Assembly: GCA_038883855.1 (NCBI GenBank)
Contig: JAVZLH010000001.1
Span: forward strand, 141,563-205,562
Direction of reading: 5' to 3'
From: Candidatus Bathyarchaeia archaeon
Lineage (GTDB): Archaea > Thermoproteota > Bathyarchaeia > Bathyarchaeales > Bathycorpusculaceae
DNA length: 64,000 nucleotides
In this document: in pieces, positions 59,404 through 64,000 of the stretch
How the letters are laid out: each line of letters starts with the position of its first letter
Position numbering within the stretch: the stretch's first letter is position 1
Position numbers and translations under genes: made by a program
Notes under the pieces: generated by a model
Told to the model about the DNA's origin: nothing
The model's database searches: none
Seen by the model: only the letters and a program-made list of their open reading frames with translations

Positions 59404-60378
59404 TTAAATGGTTATCTGGAACATTAGACGTTCAACGAGCTCTTTATAACGGTTTCTAATTGTAACCTCAGTAACCTGAGCTATTTCAGCTATTTCCCTC
59501 TGCGTTTTTCTCTCCCCCGTCAAAACAGACGCTATGTAACTTGCTGCAGCCGCTATGCCGGTTGGACCACGGCCAGAGGTGAGTTTGAGTTCTTTCGCAG
59601 CTGTCAGTATTTTATGGGCTATTTCCTCAACTTTTCCTTGCATTGTCAGCTGATTTGAAAATTTAGTTACGTACTGGTTTGGTTTAAGTGGTGGTATGGA
59701 ATAATTTAGCTCTTTTATTAAGAAACGATAGCTGCGTCCGATCTCTTTTTTGCTGACGTTCGATGCTTGGGCTATTTCCTCTAATGTTCTGGCTACTCCG
59801 CATTGCCTACAAGCTAGGTAAATTGCCGCTGATGTCACGCCTTGGATAGATCTTCCGCGGATGAGGCGCTCTTTTACGGCTTTCCTATATATGATTGAGG
59901 CCGTTTCAAGGATGTTTTTTGGAAGGCTTAAGTTGTTGGCTATTTTAGTGATTTCGGAAAGTGCAAATGCTAAGTTGCGTTCCGTAGCGTCTGAAACCCT
60001 TATGCGACGCTGCCATTTTCTAAGGCGATAAACTTGTGCTTTTTGTCCCGGTGATAGGCTTTTTCCATAGATATCTCTGTCATGCCAATCAATCATTGTC
60101 GATAAGCCTTTATCATGGATTGTAAAAGTTAAGGGTGCGCCAACTCTTGTCCGCTTAGACCTTTGTTCATCGTCGAAGGCCCTCCATTCCGGTCCCCTAT
60201 CAGCTATTTTTGCTGCTATGACGAAACCGCAGTCCATACAGACCATTTCGGCGCATTCATAATCACGCATTATTCGTGTGCTACCGCATTCGGGGCAACG
60301 CTGAATCTTCACAGTTTCAGCTTGGTGAGGCGGTATTACAGAATCTGAAGCGTCATGCCCTTTTTCATCTACACTCAT
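59404..60378 (-). CDS. tfb: Transcription initiation factor IIB (TFB)
   Basis: CPECG..CMDCG, GPEWRAF, RLRKWQ and [11 protein letters not shown]. Confidence 0.97.
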   Translation of the reverse strand: MSVDEKGHDASDSVIPPHQAETVKIQRCPECGSTRIMRDYECAEMVCMDCGFVIAAKIADRGPEWRAFDDEQRSKRTRVGAPLTFTIHDKGLSTMIDWHDRDIYGKSLSPGQKAQVYRLRKWQRRIRVSDATERNLAFALSEITKIANNLSLPKNILETASIIYRKAVKERLIRGRSIQGVTSAAIYLACRQCGVARTLEEIAQASNVSKKEIGRSYRFLIKELNYSIPPLKPNQYVTKFSNQLTMQGKVEEIAHKILTAAKELKLTSGRGPTGIAAAASYIASVLTGERKTQREIAEIAQVTEVTIRNRYKELVERLMFQITI

Positions 60379-60396
60379 TTAAATCTTCCCCACTTC

Positions 60397-60630
60397 TCAT
60401 CTCTGATGAGGGGACACGTAAAGAACTTTATTCGCTAACTTTTTGATTTCGCGAATTGCGGGTTTCACAGCTGCATAAGGCGAGGATACTGGGCCGAGTA
60501 TGTCAAAAACTTTTCCAACAGTTTTCAAATTCTCGTCAACAACGTTCTCGCCGATTTTCGGGAGATTTTCAATTCTCACTATGATGTTTCTACTTGGAGT
60601 GATGTGTAGGACTCGGCCTAATCTCTGCAA
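60397..60630 (-). CDS. gar1: H/ACA RNP protein Gar1
   Basis: LGRVLH...VGKVFDILGPVSSPY; adjacent to tfb. Confidence 0.9.
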   Translation of the reverse strand: MQRLGRVLHITPSRNIIVRIENLPKIGENVVDENLKTVGKVFDILGPVSSPYAAVKPAIREIKKLANKVLYVSPHQR

Positions 60631-60792
60631 ACTTCTATGTTCCCCTCACTAAAAGTAAGAATGGTTCAACGAATGATTTTATTTAAACCTTTCTACATTA
60701 TTTTTGGGAGTAACGCTTTTACAGTTCATTTTTAGTCGAAACATTCATAAATAAGGAGTGTTGATAAAACATGCACTTGAAGGGTGAGGCAC

Positions 60793-61173
60793 ATGTCCAA
60801 ACCATTTTACGTAAAGTTTGAGGTTCCAAAGGAGATCGCAGATGCTGCCTATGAAGCCCTACAAATTGCCGCCAAAACGGGAACAGTTAGAAAAGGCACA
60901 AATGAAACAACTAAGGCTGTTGAAAGGGCTCAAGCCAAACTTGTTGTTATAGCTGAAGATGTTGACCCACCTGAGGTTGTTGCGCATTTGCCGCTTCTTT
61001 GTGAGGAAAGAAAAATTCCATACGTGTTTGTTCCAAGCAAAGAAAATCTGGGTAAGGCTGTTGGTATTGACGTTTCAGCCGCCTCCGCTTGCATAGTCAA
61101 CGAAGGTGAAGCCGCTGGTTTAGTTAAGGAAATAGTTGCAAGAGTTGAGAAGATGAAAAGAGGAGCTAAGTGA
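60793..61173 (+). CDS. rpl7ae: 50S ribosomal protein eL8 (L7Ae)
   Basis: [12 protein letters not shown] and IAEDVDPPE. Confidence 0.97.
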   Translation: MSKPFYVKFEVPKEIADAAYEALQIAAKTGTVRKGTNETTKAVERAQAKLVVIAEDVDPPEVVAHLPLLCEERKIPYVFVPSKENLGKAVGIDVSAASACIVNEGEAAGLVKEIVARVEKMKRGAK

Positions 61174-61400
61174 TGAGCAAGGAAGAAAAGACTGCTGAAG
61201 AAGAACTCACACCAGCTGAAGTAATTCAAATCATTGGGCGAACTGGGGTGACTGGGGAAATTACACAAGTTAGGGTGCGCATTCTAGAGGGAAGAGACAA
61301 AGGGCGCATTATAACTCGTAATGTTAAGGGTCCAGTACGTGTTCAAGATATTTTGATGCTGCGGGAAACTGAGAGGGAAGCAAAGAAGATCACAACATAG
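61170..61400 (+). CDS. rps28e: 30S ribosomal protein eS28
   Basis: GRTGVTG...RNVKGPVR...ETEREA. Confidence 0.96.
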   Translation: MMSKEEKTAEEELTPAEVIQIIGRTGVTGEITQVRVRILEGRDKGRIITRNVKGPVRVQDILMLRETEREAKKITT

Positions 61401-61430
61401 CCATACTAAAATGTTTGAAGGTGGTCGCAA

Positions 61431-61628
61431 TTGCCCAAACCAAGAAAATGTTCATTTTGCGGAAGCGACTTTCCAGCGGGAACGGGCATGATGTATGTTA
61501 GGAATGATGGGACAATTTTATGGTTCTGCTCAAGCAAATGCAGAAAAAGCTCCTTAAACTTACGGAGAGATGCGCGGAAGCTTAAGTGGACAAAGTATTT
61601 TGGTAAAGAGGAAAAGGGCAAAGCCTAA
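61431..61628 (+). CDS. rpl24e: 50S ribosomal protein eL24
   Basis: CSFCG...GTG...FCSSKC...KWT. Confidence 0.96.
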   Translation: MPKPRKCSFCGSDFPAGTGMMYVRNDGTILWFCSSKCRKSSLNLRRDARKLKWTKYFGKEEKGKA

Positions 61629-63163
61629 CGTCTTCCCATTCCAACAATTTTTTCCCATAAAAGCTTGTTATGAATACAACCTATGTCTGGCGCATTAACG
61701 TTTCCATTGAAATAACTGTAGGCTCTTGCTCGGCATCCTCCACAAATATATTTGTCTGGGCAGCTTCCGCAACCAATGCGTTTTCCATCAACCAAGTAAT
61801 CTTGCAATATTTCTCTCACTCGGAGCCTCCACAAAAGTGGGTGGTTATCCCATATTTCTTCAAAATTATCCTTGAGTATGTTGCCTAGAACCGTATCCCT
61901 ATTCGTTGGGAAGAAAACGCAAGGTTTTATGTCTCCGTTAGGCTCTAGGCAGCAGTATAGTCTTCCAGCTCCGCATCCGCCCAGAAAATTGGCTACGCTT
62001 TCTATTCCCTGTTTTGCCGCGTAGTGAGCTTCAACCATGAATTTTTCGCCATATTTTTTCGAAAGTTCCTTTGTTACGCTTGCATATTGGGGGCTTGTAC
62101 TGAAAAACCTGTCAACTTTGATATTTGATTTTCCAGATTTCAACTGCTCCTCTTTGGCTTGCAAGTACAATCCAACAATCTCTTTCCCTATTGTTTCAAG
62201 CACATGAAGTCTTTCTTCGGGAGTTAAATCAAGCTCAACATATTCCTTTGCTCTACCAGTTGGAATATAATTAAAATGCATGAACCTCACGCCTAAGCTT
62301 TTTGAGAGGTCTATAAGCTTGTTGAGTTCAGATAGGTTATCTCTATGTAGAGTTGTTGCGATGCACGTGTCTATGCCTTCCTCTACGCAGTTCCTAACGC
62401 CTTCCATCGCTCTTTCAAAGGCACCTGGTATTCCCCTAAACTCGTCGTGTAACGTGGGTGATGCGCCGTCGACGCTTATTTCCACATAATCGATTCCCAC
62501 ATCTTTAAGTTTCTTTGCGTCGTCTTTTGTGATAAGTGTGCCGTTGGAGGCTATGCTGACATAGCCTATTCGCTTTTTCGCGTAAGTTGCAACTTCAAAG
62601 AAGTCTCTTCTTATGAGGGGTTCGCCACCGCTGAAGGATAGGGCTGGCAAGCCTATGCCTGCAATTTTCGAGAGTTTATCCAAAACCTGTTTTGCCTCTT
62701 CTGTTGAGAGTTCGGTTCGTTTTCCGCCTCCAGCGTCTTCGTAACAGTGCTTACACCTTAAATTACATTGGTATGTGAAGTTCCAAACAATTTCGAATGG
62801 CCCAGATGGTGTGAAGGGCACCCGCACACCGTATTTTTCTATCCCTTTCATCATTAAGCCGAAGCCTCTAAGCCACGCCTCACCATATCGTTCATTCAAA
62901 AATTGGTTGCGCATGAAATTCTTGTCTACATGTAAAAGGCGGCTCCCTATCTCATAAAACGGTTTTGCTATTTTGTTGCTTATGTGCAAGCATGTTGGAC
63001 AAAGATTAACATTTTCTCCTAAAAAGTCTTTTAAGGAGTTTAGGAGGAGGTCACCGTCTTTCGGGCATTCTTTATCAAAACGGCTAATCAAGTATCTAAG
63101 AACAGGGTTAACAGTAACGGAGAAAAGCGCGTTTTCAACCGTATCGACATTCATTTCGGTCAC
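61625..63163 (-). CDS. Radical SAM/SPASM domain protein (PqqE/NirJ-like)
   Basis: [22 protein letters not shown]...PC and CGSC...CGGCRARA. Confidence 0.9.
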   Translation of the reverse strand: MTEMNVDTVENALFSVTVNPVLRYLISRFDKECPKDGDLLLNSLKDFLGENVNLCPTCLHISNKIAKPFYEIGSRLLHVDKNFMRNQFLNERYGEAWLRGFGLMMKGIEKYGVRVPFTPSGPFEIVWNFTYQCNLRCKHCYEDAGGGKRTELSTEEAKQVLDKLSKIAGIGLPALSFSGGEPLIRRDFFEVATYAKKRIGYVSIASNGTLITKDDAKKLKDVGIDYVEISVDGASPTLHDEFRGIPGAFERAMEGVRNCVEEGIDTCIATTLHRDNLSELNKLIDLSKSLGVRFMHFNYIPTGRAKEYVELDLTPEERLHVLETIGKEIVGLYLQAKEEQLKSGKSNIKVDRFFSTSPQYASVTKELSKKYGEKFMVEAHYAAKQGIESVANFLGGCGAGRLYCCLEPNGDIKPCVFFPTNRDTVLGNILKDNFEEIWDNHPLLWRLRVREILQDYLVDGKRIGCGSCPDKYICGGCRARAYSYFNGNVNAPDIGCIHNKLLWEKIVGMGRR

Positions 63164-63315
63164 TTAATCTTTATGACAAACGTAAATAATTTATTATTTT
63201 CTTTTTCGCCACGAGCAGTTTAAACATGTGAATATGTATCATAGCTGCGATATATATCGATTTCAGAAAGAACGATTTTATTAAGATATACTATATTTGT
63301 CCAGAAGGTGTAATC

Positions 63316-63540
63316 ATGGGAGCAAGAAAAAAGGAAAAAACCATTCGAATCAACCTATTAGAAATATCAGCTGTTGAAAGATCTAAAACCATTGAAAAGG
63401 CAAAAGAAAGTTTACGACAGAAAATCGCAGAAGCAAAACTGTTGAATTCATTTCTTGAACTGGAGAATATAACCATCAACGGCGAAACAATAAACTATGG
63501 TGACTGTAAACTAACCGGACTTTCATTAACTGATATGTAA
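63316..63540 (+). CDS. Hypothetical small protein in an AT-rich region
   Basis: 74-aa ORF with AGGTG SD. Confidence 0.5.
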   Translation: MGARKKEKTIRINLLEISAVERSKTIEKAKESLRQKIAEAKLLNSFLELENITINGETINYGDCKLTGLSLTDM

Positions 63541-63627
63541 AACTATAAACAGTTTCTTTGCCAAAGATTTTCTTTTTAATTTTTTTATCATTTACTCCTC
63601 TCGCCTTTCTCGTTCTCGATTTTTTAT

Positions 63628-63999
63628 TCATATTTGTGGGGGATTGGGGCTTTTTAAAGGGTTTTTTGGCGAGGAAACAACGAAATTGAGCTTTTCTGGT
63701 TTGCGTGGTTCACGGGTTTGTCGAGGCGTCAAGCGTTGAGGCAAAAAGAGAAAGGAGTTGAGAGAGGGAAATTGTGGGTTTGGTGGAGAGGTGTTTGGTG
63801 TGTTGAGAAATGAGGCGATGGAGCTTGCGTATTCGTCTATGAATGTTTCAAACTGCATACGTTTTCCGTGCTTACGGTTTCTTTGCATGGGTATGTAAGC
63901 CTCGAATAACTGTTTGTTAAGGCTCTTTATCAATTGCCATGTTGTTTCGTGTTTTAGGAAATATCGTGGATATTGGTTTGAAATGTAAACTCTTTGGAA
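63628..63999 (-). CDS. C-terminal part of a probable Cas1-family endonuclease (truncated by the window edge)
   Basis: Frame is open to the edge: FQRVYISNQYPRYFLKHETTWQLIKSLNKQLFEAYIP...KHGKRMQFETFIDEYASSIASFL, resembling a Cas1 C-terminal helical region. Catalytic residues would lie outside the window. Confidence 0.45.
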   Translation of the reverse strand, partial: FQRVYISNQYPRYFLKHETTWQLIKSLNKQLFEAYIPMQRNRKHGKRMQFETFIDEYASSIASFLNTPNTSPPNPQFPSLNSFLFLPQRLTPRQTREPRKPEKLNFVVSSPKNPLKSPNPPQI

Positions 64000-64000
64000 A

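Noticed and set aside
60745-60795. K-turn in the L7Ae 5' UTR (known autoregulation in archaea)
   Set aside because: GA dinucleotides are present, but I could not build a canonical C-stem with a 3-nt bulge by eye.
1200-61627. Genome-wide TAG reassignment to pyrrolysine
   Set aside because: TAG ends conserved genes at their expected C-termini (polB1, speB, rps11, rpl40e, rps28e).
1-64000. CRISPR arrays, tRNA/rRNA genes, IS transposases, inteins
   Set aside because: None recognised by eye; intergenic gaps show no regular repeat-spacer units or cloverleaf motifs.

Overview
Archaeal chromosomal segment of a TACK-lineage organism, most consistent with Bathyarchaeia. The placement is inferred from PolB1, a TackOD1 protein, Alba, a Cren7-like protein, SMC-ScpAB, GGAGGTG-type SD sequences and many TTG/GTG starts. 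Most of the window is core housekeeping: the proteasome/exosome/prefoldin superoperon, the S13-S4-S11-RpoD-L18e-L13-S9-RpoN-enolase-S2-isoprenoid-GluRS superoperon, smc-scpAB, aspS/alba, sucCD, tfb/gar1 and L7Ae-S28e-L24e. Accessory parts are a type IV pilus locus with a giant nested-domain pilin-adhesin, two membrane-anchored surface proteins, a flavodiiron stress module, and a probable Cas1-like C-terminus at the right edge. The most interesting signals are: (1) a compact pseudoknot-capable leader with an anti-SD directly upstream of queT, a candidate archaeal preQ0/preQ1 riboswitch; (2) four genes whose SD-positioned start is near-cognate (CTG, ATT, CTG, ACG), including an unannotated 25-aa eukaryote-like eL41; (3) a Cren7-like zinc domain fused to a coiled coil, with a divergently encoded coiled-coil partner. 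Several single-base frameshifts, some in homopolymers, suggest residual long-read errors, so single-base claims need read-level checking. No tRNA, rRNA or CRISPR array was seen. All family assignments are by motif recognition; no database search was run.
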